DNA of 32,000 nucleotides from Bacillus subtilis subsp. subtilis str. 168 (GTDB lineage Bacteria; Bacillota; Bacilli; Bacillales; Bacillaceae). The DNA is taken from positions 2,010,001 to 2,042,000 of the forward strand of contig NC_000964.3 of assembly GCF_000009045.1 (NCBI RefSeq). The letters run 5' to 3'. A model generated the notes under the pieces. That model did no database searches and was not told the DNA's origin. It saw nothing but the letters and a program-made list of their open reading frames with translations. The translations under genes and the position numbers were made by a program. Positions 9,271 through 17,508 of the stretch are shown one piece after another (within the stretch, counting starts at the first letter, position 1; the number at the start of each line of letters is the position of its first letter).

Positions 9271-9371
9271 TTGAAGCACCCTTTCTTTGTTTACATATGT
9301 ACGATATCACATTATAAGTACAATACATCCAATACGCAAATCAAACGAACTGTGTAAATATCATTTCTTCT

Positions 9372-9396
9372 GATTAAAAAAACGGATACAGGGTAA
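9372..9396 (+). promoter_or_regulatory. SigB-type promoter candidate for yoxC-yoxB-yoaA
   Basis: GATTAA, 13-nt spacer, GGGTAA, against the SigB consensus GTTTAA-N12-15-GGGTAT. It lies 25 nt upstream of the yoxC ATG. Confidence 0.55.
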
Positions 9397-9420
9397 TGAC
9401 ATAAGAAAAGGAGTGAACAT

Positions 9421-9726
9421 ATGATTATAGTTTATATCAGTCTTGCAGTATTAGCAGTTTCTATTATCTTCTTAGGAGTTACCGTGATCCAAAACAAGAA
9501 AAAAATAGACCCCGCACTAAAGGAGCTTTCCTCTGTTACGCAGGCTATGCAAAAACAAATCGAAGGATTAAAAACAGAAACAGAGCTGCTGACGCAAAAA
9601 CAAAAGAAGATTCAGCAGGATGTCCAAATAAAAAAATACACGCTTCAGCAGACCGCAGCTGAAGTGAAAGAAGTTCCCCAAGCAGTCAAAGAGGTGTGGC
9701 AGGCAGGACATTTTAATAGCAGATAA
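9421..9726 (+). CDS. yoxC: small membrane-anchored coiled-coil protein (DUF948-like)
   Basis: 101 aa with an N-terminal TM segment (IIVYISLAVLAVSIIFLGVTVI) followed by a charged helical region. SD AAAGGAGTG. Confidence 0.85.
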   Translation: MIIVYISLAVLAVSIIFLGVTVIQNKKKIDPALKELSSVTQAMQKQIEGLKTETELLTQKQKKIQQDVQIKKYTLQQTAAEVKEVPQAVKEVWQAGHFNSR

Positions 9727-9731
9727 GGATG

Positions 9732-9782
9732 AATGAGATCCCGTTGTTACGATCAGAATGGACAAATGGGATCTCATTTTTC
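9732..9782 (+). terminator. hairpin plus short T-run between yoxC and yoxB (possible partial terminator)
   Basis: 11-bp perfect stem AATGAGATCCC / GGGATCTCATT with a 25-nt loop, followed by TTTT. Confidence 0.4.
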
Positions 9783-9796
9783 GAGGAGGCTTACAC

Positions 9797-10567
9797 ATGA
9801 TTATAAACCGCAGCTGCTTAAAAGAGTTCGCAGAAAAAGTACATTTTCTTCCCTCTTCACTTACAAAGTCCGATTTACTTACTGATCCATTTCGTCTCCA
9901 TCAAGAAAACGAACTTGGCATCTACTATTCACCTCATAATGAATTTATCAATCGGGATGCCTCGCTTGTGATTGCCGGGATCACGCCTGGTTTTTCCCAG
10001 ATGAAGACAGCGTACGAAACAGCCGCCGAAAGCCTGCTGCAAGGCGGGACTCTTGAGCAAATGGCAGTAGACACAAAAATAGCAGCGGGTTTCTCCGGAT
10101 CGATGAGACATAACCTTATTACCATGCTGGATTTATGCGGGCTGCCGCAAGCTTTTGGCATTCAAAGCGCCGCAAAGCTTTTTGGAGAATTACGGCATAT
10201 GCTCCATACAACTTCCGTTATTAAATATCCTGTCTTTATCCAGCAAAAAAACTATACCGGATACAAACCGGCTATCACTCATTCTCCTATCCTAAGCACT
10301 TATGCTTTTGGGCACTTCCCTGCAGAGCTTAACCATGTGACGGGACCAGCTCTTCTCATTCCGTTAGGAAAAGCGGCCGAAACAGTGTGTGAAACATTGA
10401 TCAGACAGCACAGCCTCCAGAATTTGATTTGCCTTAACGGCTTTCCCCATCCATCAGGCGCGAACGGCCATCGTTTGAAACAATTCAGCAAAAACAAAGA
10501 GCAACTAGAAAGACAAATTCGTTCCTTTGCTGCATTGGTTGATTTCGCTATAGAAAAGAGGAAATAA
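9797..10567 (+). CDS. yoxB: uncharacterised protein with uracil-DNA-glycosylase-superfamily-like motifs
   Basis: ATG 9797 follows SD GAGGAGG; the track ORF starts 13 codons earlier without an SD. Motifs AGITPGFSQ and GFPHPSGANG are present (see finding). Confidence 0.85.
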   Translation: MIINRSCLKEFAEKVHFLPSSLTKSDLLTDPFRLHQENELGIYYSPHNEFINRDASLVIAGITPGFSQMKTAYETAAESLLQGGTLEQMAVDTKIAAGFSGSMRHNLITMLDLCGLPQAFGIQSAAKLFGELRHMLHTTSVIKYPVFIQQKNYTGYKPAITHSPILSTYAFGHFPAELNHVTGPALLIPLGKAAETVCETLIRQHSLQNLICLNGFPHPSGANGHRLKQFSKNKEQLERQIRSFAALVDFAIEKRK

Positions 10568-10610
10568 AAGGGATATGATAAACAAAAACACAAACGTGGG
10601 GAGTGGTTGA

Positions 10611-11144
10611 ATGTTTCCTATATTAGAAACGGATCGGCTTATACTTAGGCAAATCACAGATCAGGATGCGGAAGCCATTTTTGCTTGTTTCTCAAACGAT
10701 GAGGTGACACGCTATTATGGGCTTGAAAACATGGAATCTATAGAACAGGCCATTTCAATGATTCAAACGTTTGCTGCCCTCTATCAAGAAAAACGCGGTA
10801 TACGGTGGGGAATTGAAAGACGGGACACTAAAGAACTGATCGGAACAATTGGCTTTCACGCTCTGGCCCAAAAGCATAGGCGCGCGGAAATCGGTTATGA
10901 AATCATCCCGGAGCATTGGCGAAACGGATTTGCATCAGAAGTCATTTCAAAGGTCGTATCTTACGGATTTTCTGCCCTTGGACTGTCGCGTATTGGCGCA
11001 GTTGTATTTACCGATAATGAAGCATCAAATCGTCTGCTTCTAAAAATGGGGTTTCAAAAAGAAGGCGTTTTAAGACAGTACATGTATCAAAATGGGACTC
11101 CATATGATACAAATGTGTACTCTATTGTGAAACCAAGAGAATGA
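10611..11144 (+). CDS. yoaA: GNAT N-acetyltransferase (RimJ/RimL-like)
   Basis: 177 aa with the typical N-terminal ETDRLILR and an acetyl-CoA-binding core (IGYEIIPEHWRNGFASE). SD GGGGAG. Confidence 0.9.
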   Translation: MFPILETDRLILRQITDQDAEAIFACFSNDEVTRYYGLENMESIEQAISMIQTFAALYQEKRGIRWGIERRDTKELIGTIGFHALAQKHRRAEIGYEIIPEHWRNGFASEVISKVVSYGFSALGLSRIGAVVFTDNEASNRLLLKMGFQKEGVLRQYMYQNGTPYDTNVYSIVKPRE

Positions 11145-11189
11145 CGGTATTCTCTTGGTCTGTGCCACATCCCTTTTCCTTTAAAAAGA

Positions 11190-11221
11190 TAAAAAGCGCC
11201 CCTCAAACAGGGCGCTTTCTA
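11190..11221. terminator. bidirectional terminator between yoaA and yoaB
   Basis: Stem AGCGCCC-loop-GGGCGCT with an A-run before and TTTCT after. Confidence 0.8.
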
Positions 11222-11222
11222 A

Positions 11223-12467
11223 TTAAGATGCATATTGAGGAGATGTTTCCTCCTTAACTGCTTTTTCCTCAGGTATATGAATACATTTTGTCAAGACCGC
11301 ACTTGCAAGGTAAAGGGCCGCAAAGATCCAGACGACACCTTGCGCGCCGACGAGACCGATGAACAGCCAAGCGAGTGCAGGGCCGACAAACGCTGATAAA
11401 CCTGCAGCTAAATTCAATACAGACATGGCTGCCCCTTTATCTTTTCCTGCCACCGTCGGCACAATTGCACCAATCGGCACATAGCCTGCCAGCAAACCGC
11501 CCCAAATAAAGCCGATCACGCTGACAACCGCTAAACTTCCGCCGGAGAAAACAGGTGCGTAGTATAATAAGACGGTGAAAATGCCGCAGCCGACTCCGCC
11601 GAACCAAATAACAGTATTTTTCCAGCCGAATTTATCGCCGACAATACCGAAGATAAGGTTAAACACAATGTTCCCCAGGAAAATCGTTCCCCAAATTTGC
11701 AGCCACACATTGGTTGAAATTCCATGCTGGGCCATGTGCATCGGCAAAAAGACTGGAAAACCATATGTACCAATGCTGTTGATGATTCTGATGATTCCGC
11801 CTGTAAGCACGCGCGGATTTGTAAATAGAATCGTAACCCCTTTTAAAAGCTCCTCGGCTGTTTCTGATCTTTTTCTTTTCTTCTTTTCAAAACGGTCTTT
11901 ATTGATAAACAATGCAAAGAATGCACCGAGACATACCCAGAAAATAGAGCTCCAAAGCGTATTCAAATAACCGAACGCTTTGATCGCGTAGCTTGAGTAC
12001 CAAGCGCCGAACACAAACATGCCGAGGCAATATGCAATCCAAAACCAGCCGACAGCAGTGCTCAGTTTGCTTTGCGGTGTTCTGTAAATGACCCATGTCA
12101 AGAAAGAATAAGCAAAAAGCGGGTAACCTAACCCTTTTACGAAGTAAGTCACATACATCACTGGCAGGTTCAGCTGTTCAAATCCAAATACGATAAAAGC
12201 AGCTGTACCGATCACATAAAACAACAGCCCCATAAACATCGTTCGTTTTGCGCCAAATGCTTCGAGACATACACCCGAAAACCAGGAAGCTATGGCAAGC
12301 GCAATTCCGTATATACTAAAAATGGAAGCGGACTGCTGAACGGTGAGCCCGTTTTCGATCAAAAAAGGACTGAGCCAGCCTTGTTCAAGGCCATCTCCCA
12401 TCATAAACAAAACAACCCCTAAAAATCCCCAGGCAAGCCGCTTCGGTATTCCTATTTTATCCAACAT
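11223..12467 (-). CDS. yoaB: MFS transporter (about 12 TM segments)
   Basis: 414-aa, highly hydrophobic ORF with SD GGAGGAGA. It is the last gene of the yoaDCB operon. Confidence 0.9.
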   Translation of the reverse strand: MLDKIGIPKRLAWGFLGVVLFMMGDGLEQGWLSPFLIENGLTVQQSASIFSIYGIALAIASWFSGVCLEAFGAKRTMFMGLLFYVIGTAAFIVFGFEQLNLPVMYVTYFVKGLGYPLFAYSFLTWVIYRTPQSKLSTAVGWFWIAYCLGMFVFGAWYSSYAIKAFGYLNTLWSSIFWVCLGAFFALFINKDRFEKKKRKRSETAEELLKGVTILFTNPRVLTGGIIRIINSIGTYGFPVFLPMHMAQHGISTNVWLQIWGTIFLGNIVFNLIFGIVGDKFGWKNTVIWFGGVGCGIFTVLLYYAPVFSGGSLAVVSVIGFIWGGLLAGYVPIGAIVPTVAGKDKGAAMSVLNLAAGLSAFVGPALAWLFIGLVGAQGVVWIFAALYLASAVLTKCIHIPEEKAVKEETSPQYAS

Positions 12468-12560
12468 ATCTGTCTCCTCCTTAGATGCTATTATTCATTA
12501 CCGTATTACCTTATTAAAGTTGAAAATTAAATGATTCCTCAAAACAGCAGAAATTCCGTC

Positions 12561-14024
12561 TTAAATTAATACTTTGCTTTCTGATCCTGAAAAAAAGCGC
12601 TGTGTTTGCTTCCATTCCTCATATAAAGCCAATTCTATCTGACAGTCCTTCGGTTCGATCACCCGGACATTTGCTGACATCTCCTCCGTTAATTGAAAGG
12701 TTTCATTGCAAATGACTGCAGCACCGACGACAGATGCCTGATGATATCCCTCTTGGACATAGACCTTTTTTTGAAGAAGATCCGCGATATATTGAGTGAG
12801 CGCTTTGCTTTGGAATCCCCCTCCGCACACCCAAACATAATCACGTTCAAACGGAGTAACCTCTGTTAAAATGTCAAAGTTCCATTTGATTGAAAATGCG
12901 ATCTCTTCTAGCGCTGCACGTACAAAATGTGCCCTCTTTAAATGTGCTGACAGCGGGGCATCAAAAAGAAAACCGCCTCTCGTTAACGCATTCTTTTCAG
13001 CCGATAAATAAGAGCCGAGAGCCGCTACACATGCATGGTCTTCTTTTGCAAGTGCAGAAATCTCCTCCTCCATTACTTCGTACGTTTCATTCGGATAAAA
13101 AATCTGTTTTAATTTTTGATAATTCAAGCCGGTAATTCCCGGATTCGTTTCCACAAGCCAATGCCCTTGATCCGTATGACAGTTCAACCAGGCTTTATGT
13201 TTTGTGTCGCCATGATCCTCAGTAATTTTGGTTATTGGCGTTGTTGTCCCTGATACAATGACAATGTCCTCAAGTCCAGCTCCGGTGCTTTTGACAGCCA
13301 GCTGTGTATCCCCGCCCCCTGCTATAACCTTAGCATTTATTGAAAGGCCTAATTCGGATGCATATTCATTTGCTATCGTTCCAATTGCTGTTCCCGCTCT
13401 TACAAGAGGCGGAAGGATAGATGGAGAAAAGCCGAAAATGTCGCACATCTCTTCTGACCAAGTGTTTTGCTTCACATCAAATAGCAGGGTTTCTGTTGCC
13501 TGTGATGGTTCATATGTTAATATTCCGCTCAGTTGGTACGTCACCCAATCACTGATGCTTGTAAAGCTTGCAGTCTTTTCCCATAAAGAGGGCTGGCGCT
13601 GTTTTAATCCATAAAGCTTGAGCGCAGAAAAAAGTGCAGTTGGCAGGCGGCCTGTGCTGCTGTATATCTCTTCCCAATCGGGAATGCCCGCCTCCCACTC
13701 TCGGCCGCGATTATCGATGTTCGGCAGCCCGAGAAAAGGATTGCCGTTTTGATCAATCAAAACAATCCCCTGTCTTTGGCTCGTCGATGTCAAACCAATG
13801 ATGTCAATATCACACGAACGGGATAGCGCACGTTTTGCCAAATTCATCACCTGCTTCCACAGCACCTGAGGAGAAAAATAACGGCTGTCCGGGTAAAGCG
13901 TCTCTGTGGAATACTCGATGTCCTCCCGTTCAACTGTTAGAACACTGCCAGTTACACTCACGACCGCTACCCTCGCATTGCCTGTGCCAATATCAAAAAC
14001 GAGATAGCCTTTTTGTTTTTTCAT
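12561..14024 (-). CDS. yoaC: FGGY-family carbohydrate kinase
   Basis: 487 aa with the N-terminal DIGTGNARV (ASKHA phosphate-1 motif) and the two-domain FGGY layout. SD AAAGGAGG. Confidence 0.9.
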   Translation of the reverse strand: MKKQKGYLVFDIGTGNARVAVVSVTGSVLTVEREDIEYSTETLYPDSRYFSPQVLWKQVMNLAKRALSRSCDIDIIGLTSTSQRQGIVLIDQNGNPFLGLPNIDNRGREWEAGIPDWEEIYSSTGRLPTALFSALKLYGLKQRQPSLWEKTASFTSISDWVTYQLSGILTYEPSQATETLLFDVKQNTWSEEMCDIFGFSPSILPPLVRAGTAIGTIANEYASELGLSINAKVIAGGGDTQLAVKSTGAGLEDIVIVSGTTTPITKITEDHGDTKHKAWLNCHTDQGHWLVETNPGITGLNYQKLKQIFYPNETYEVMEEEISALAKEDHACVAALGSYLSAEKNALTRGGFLFDAPLSAHLKRAHFVRAALEEIAFSIKWNFDILTEVTPFERDYVWVCGGGFQSKALTQYIADLLQKKVYVQEGYHQASVVGAAVICNETFQLTEEMSANVRVIEPKDCQIELALYEEWKQTQRFFSGSESKVLI

Positions 14025-14041
14025 TCTGTTAGCCTCCTTTC

Positions 14042-15076
14042 TTATCCCCCTGTTTTCAGTGCGTCCTTGTTATACATTGTCTGAATATTAAGAGTTTTTT
14101 CACCCTTCCACTTTTTGAGGGCTTTATTCAGTATCGTCACGTGATGATCCTCCACTTCAAATGTTGCTCCAGCGAGATGCGGTGTTGCCAGAACATTAGG
14201 CAATGAAATCAATTCATAATCTGATTCCTCTGGAGGTTCATGATAAAAAACGTCTAGTATCGCACCGCTGATTTTATGTTCTTTTAATACAAATAAAAGA
14301 TCTTCACGGTTTACAACAACTGCTCTTGAAGTATTAACGAAAATCGCACTCTCTTTCATCAGATCAAAATATTGCCGATCTATCAGTCCGAGTGTTTCCT
14401 CAGTGCGAGGCAGATGGACAGAAACGATATCGCTGTCTGAAAACACCGTTTTAAGAGATGCTTTTTCATACAACGGATGATCGTCTTGAATGTATGGATC
14501 GTAATATTTTATCTTACAGTCAAACGCAGTCAGCAGTTTTGCAATCCTTTGCCCGACTGCGCCGAACCCAATCATGCCAACCGTTTTTCCTGTTAGCTCA
14601 TTTCCTTTAAATTTGACATAAGCCTGCAGGTAATCACTGTCCCACTCTCCATCCTTCAGCCACTGATTCGAGGCGCTGGTATGGCGCAGAAAGGAAATCA
14701 CATTTCCAATAAACATTTCGGCAACGGCTTGTGCATTCCGCCCTGGTGTATAAAAAACAGGTATGCCCCTTTTTGAGGCAGCTGCCACATCCACATTTGA
14801 GGGCATTCCCCTGCAAACACCGACAAATGAAAGTTCGGGAACAGAAGCAAATACGCTGTCTGTTACCTGATCAAGTTCAGTAATCAAGCCTGTCGCATTT
14901 GTTGCTTTTAGCAGCTGAATGAGTTCATCCTCCCGATATGCCCTACCTTGTTCCTTCCAAGATTGATAAGCAACTGAGCCAAACAAGTTTTCAAGCTCTT
15001 TTCGTCCTTCTTCGTTGTACGGTGCTGTAACCAAAACCGTCATGCTGCAAAACATCCTTTTCATCGTATTTTTCAT
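14042..15076 (-). CDS. yoaD: D-isomer-specific 2-hydroxyacid dehydrogenase (PGDH-like)
   Basis: NAD-binding motif GMIGFGAVGQRIA and a catalytic region containing TPHLAG. The longest ORF is given here; ATG 15043 (MTVLVTAPY...) is the more plausible start (see finding). Confidence 0.9.
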   Translation of the reverse strand: MKNTMKRMFCSMTVLVTAPYNEEGRKELENLFGSVAYQSWKEQGRAYREDELIQLLKATNATGLITELDQVTDSVFASVPELSFVGVCRGMPSNVDVAAASKRGIPVFYTPGRNAQAVAEMFIGNVISFLRHTSASNQWLKDGEWDSDYLQAYVKFKGNELTGKTVGMIGFGAVGQRIAKLLTAFDCKIKYYDPYIQDDHPLYEKASLKTVFSDSDIVSVHLPRTEETLGLIDRQYFDLMKESAIFVNTSRAVVVNREDLLFVLKEHKISGAILDVFYHEPPEESDYELISLPNVLATPHLAGATFEVEDHHVTILNKALKKWKGEKTLNIQTMYNKDALKTGG

Positions 15077-15252
15077 AAAAAAAATCTCTTTCCGAAGATG
15101 GAAAGAGATTCATATATAGGCGCGCTCTGTTACAGGCAGACGCCGGTATAAACCTTGCTTTCCTATCTTTCAAGCTAGCGCTTGCTGGAATTGGCACAAT
15201 AATGTTGCCGAGGTTTCATAGGGCCAGTCCCTCCACCTCTCTGGATAGAAAA
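15077..15252 (-). promoter_or_regulatory. SAM-I (S-box) riboswitch with terminator expression platform
   Basis: The minus strand reads TTCTATCCAGAGAGGTGGAGGGACTGGCCCTATGAAACCTCGGCAACA..GTGCCAATTCCAGCAAG..GAAAGATAGGAA, the S-box conserved core. An 11-bp stem AATCTCTTTCC/GGAAAGAGATT (15083-15110) and a U8 tract follow. Confidence 0.92.
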
Positions 15253-15289
15253 TATTGAGTATGTAATTTTCAGAATGAAGAATACGTTT

Positions 15290-15318
15290 ATCATAAAGAA
15301 GACTCAGATTGATGTCAA
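15290..15318 (-). promoter_or_regulatory. SigA promoter candidate for the S-box leader and yoaDCB
   Basis: Minus strand TTGACA (15318-15313), 17-nt spacer, TATGAT (15295-15290). It lies about 30 nt upstream of riboswitch helix P1. Confidence 0.65.
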
Positions 15319-15334
15319 TCTCTTTTTTTCAGAA

Positions 15335-15362
15335 TTGACGTTATCATCGGAAATGTTATAAT
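15335..15362 (+). promoter_or_regulatory. SigA promoter candidate for yoaE
   Basis: TTGACG, 16-nt spacer, TATAAT, with TG at -15/-14 (extended -10). It lies 38 nt upstream of the yoaE ATG. Confidence 0.65.
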
Positions 15363-15399
15363 TCTTACAAAATATCTAACTAGAGAGAGGAACTGGGCC

Positions 15400-17442
15400 A
15401 TGAGATCTTTTGCCACACAACAAAACGGCATTTTCAAATCCGTTTGCTCGCTGGACTGCCCGGATCAGTGCGGATTGTTAATACATAAAAAAGACGGGAA
15501 AATCGTAAAAGTGCAAGGAGACCCTGATCATCCTGTCACAGCTGGAAACATATGCAACAAAGTCCGGAATATGACGGAGCGCATCTATGATGAAAAGCGG
15601 CTGACTACACCGCTCAAACGAACAGGTGCGAAAGGCCAAGCGATATTTGAACCGATTTCCTGGAAAGAGGCAATCGATACGATCACCTCCCGCTGGAAAC
15701 AGCTGATTGATGAAGAGGGAGCTGAAAGCATACTTCCTTACAGCTTTTACGGAAATATGGGGAAATTGACAGCTGAAGGAATGGACCGCCGCTTTTTTTA
15801 CCGCATGGGGTCAAGCCAGCTTGAACGGACGATTTGCAGCAAAGCGGGATCTGAAGGCTATAAATATACAATGGGCATAAGCGCGGGAATCGATCCTGAG
15901 GAAACCGTTCATACAAAACTATTTATTTTTTGGGGAATCAACGCGGTCAGCACAAATATGCACCAAATTACGATCGCCCAAAAAGCGCGAAAAAAAGGTG
16001 CCAAAATTGTCGTGATCGATGTGCATAAAAATCAAACAGGACGTCTTGCAGATTGGTTTATCCCAATAAAACCGGGAACCGACAGTGCACTTGCTCTTGG
16101 CATCATGCACATTTTATTTAAAGAAAACCTTCATGATGAAGCATTTCTGTCCGAGTACACGGTTGGCTATGAAGAGCTCCGTGAACACGTGAAACAATAT
16201 GATCCTGAAAAGGTATCGACGATCACCGGTGTCAGTACCGAAGATATTTACCGACTGGCAAAAATGTACGGGGAAACCTCCCCTTCTTTTATCAGAATCG
16301 GAAACGGACCCCAGCATCACGATAACGGGGGGATGATTGTAAGGACGATTGCCTGTCTTCCGGCGATCACCGGCCAATGGCTGCACACAGGGGGCGGCGC
16401 AATTAAGCATAACAGCGGAATTTTAGAATATAACACAAATGCCTTGCAGCGGCCCGACTTATTGAAAGGGCGCACCCCGAGGTCGTTTAATATGAATCAG
16501 CTTGGCAGGGTGCTTTTGGAAACAGACCCGCCGATTCGCTCTCTATTTATTTACGGAACGAACCCTGCCGTCGTCGCGCCCGAAGCAAACAAAGTCAGAC
16601 AGGGCTTGCTGCGGGAAGACTTGTTTACTGTGGTTCATGATTTGTTTTTAACGGAAACGGCTGCATATGCGGACATTGTACTGCCTGCAACATCCGCTTT
16701 TGAAAATACTGATTTTTACACCTCCTACTGGCACCATTACATTCAGCTTCAGCAGCCGGTGATTGAGAGATATGGGGAAAGCAAGTCTAACACTGAGGTT
16801 TTCCGATTACTGGCTGAAGCCATGGGATTCACAGACCAGGAGCTTAAAGATTCAGATGAAGTATTAATCCGCCAGGCGCTTGACCATCCAGATAATCCGC
16901 ATTTGGCAGAGATTGATTACGATTCACTTACTAAGCATTCATTTATGAAAGCGAAACGTGAAAAGCCGCTGTTTCCGGGCGAACTTCCAACGCCAAGCGG
17001 AAAAATAGAATTATATTCAGAAAAAATGAAACAAGACGGCTTCCCTGCTTTACCGACATATACACCTCTTGTAACCGATAATGAACATCCGTTTATGTAT
17101 GTTCCGGGGCCAAACCATAATTTCTTAAACTCAACATTTTCCAATAATGAAAAACACATCAAGCTTGAAAAGACGCCAAAGCTCTTTATCAACACAAAAG
17201 ATGCTGAAAAACACGGAATCGTTGATGGGGCACCTGTACGAATTTGGAACAGCCGGGGAGAATGCGAGCTGACCGCTGCAGTTGGAGAACAAGTGCTGCC
17301 AGGTGTCGTTGTCAGCCAAGGATTATGGGCGGATGAACAAGGAAAAAAACAGCTTGTAAACGCGCTAACCCCAGATCGCTTGTCCGATATGGGCGGCGGC
17401 GCCACCTTTTTTTCAGGCCGTGTACAGATTGAAAAGGTTTGA
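15400..17442 (+). CDS. yoaE: molybdopterin (MopB-family) oxidoreductase with N-terminal 4Fe-4S motif
   Basis: 680 aa with N-terminal CSLDCPDQCG...C cluster ligands, molybdopterin-binding domains and a C-terminal beta-barrel. No signal or Tat motif, so it is probably cytoplasmic. Confidence 0.9.
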   Translation: MRSFATQQNGIFKSVCSLDCPDQCGLLIHKKDGKIVKVQGDPDHPVTAGNICNKVRNMTERIYDEKRLTTPLKRTGAKGQAIFEPISWKEAIDTITSRWKQLIDEEGAESILPYSFYGNMGKLTAEGMDRRFFYRMGSSQLERTICSKAGSEGYKYTMGISAGIDPEETVHTKLFIFWGINAVSTNMHQITIAQKARKKGAKIVVIDVHKNQTGRLADWFIPIKPGTDSALALGIMHILFKENLHDEAFLSEYTVGYEELREHVKQYDPEKVSTITGVSTEDIYRLAKMYGETSPSFIRIGNGPQHHDNGGMIVRTIACLPAITGQWLHTGGGAIKHNSGILEYNTNALQRPDLLKGRTPRSFNMNQLGRVLLETDPPIRSLFIYGTNPAVVAPEANKVRQGLLREDLFTVVHDLFLTETAAYADIVLPATSAFENTDFYTSYWHHYIQLQQPVIERYGESKSNTEVFRLLAEAMGFTDQELKDSDEVLIRQALDHPDNPHLAEIDYDSLTKHSFMKAKREKPLFPGELPTPSGKIELYSEKMKQDGFPALPTYTPLVTDNEHPFMYVPGPNHNFLNSTFSNNEKHIKLEKTPKLFINTKDAEKHGIVDGAPVRIWNSRGECELTAAVGEQVLPGVVVSQGLWADEQGKKQLVNALTPDRLSDMGGGATFFSGRVQIEKV

Positions 17443-17508
17443 AAAATAATGAAACCCGGAGTATGCCAAGCCCGTATAACATAACATCGACATAATGGAG
17501 GCATACAC

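Noticed and set aside
11132-11159. Perfect 11-bp hairpin (ACCAAGAGAAT / ATTCTCTTGGT) spanning the yoaA stop codon
   Set aside because: It is real as sequence but has no U-tract, and a canonical terminator follows 35 nt later. It is probably just extra 3' structure, and I cannot assign a function.
15261-15275. CodY box in the S-box leader (AATTTTCAGAATGAA)
   Set aside because: It matches only 11 of 15 positions of AATTTTCWGAAAATT, and the whole right arm is lost. I kept it only as part of the duplicated 10-mer observation.
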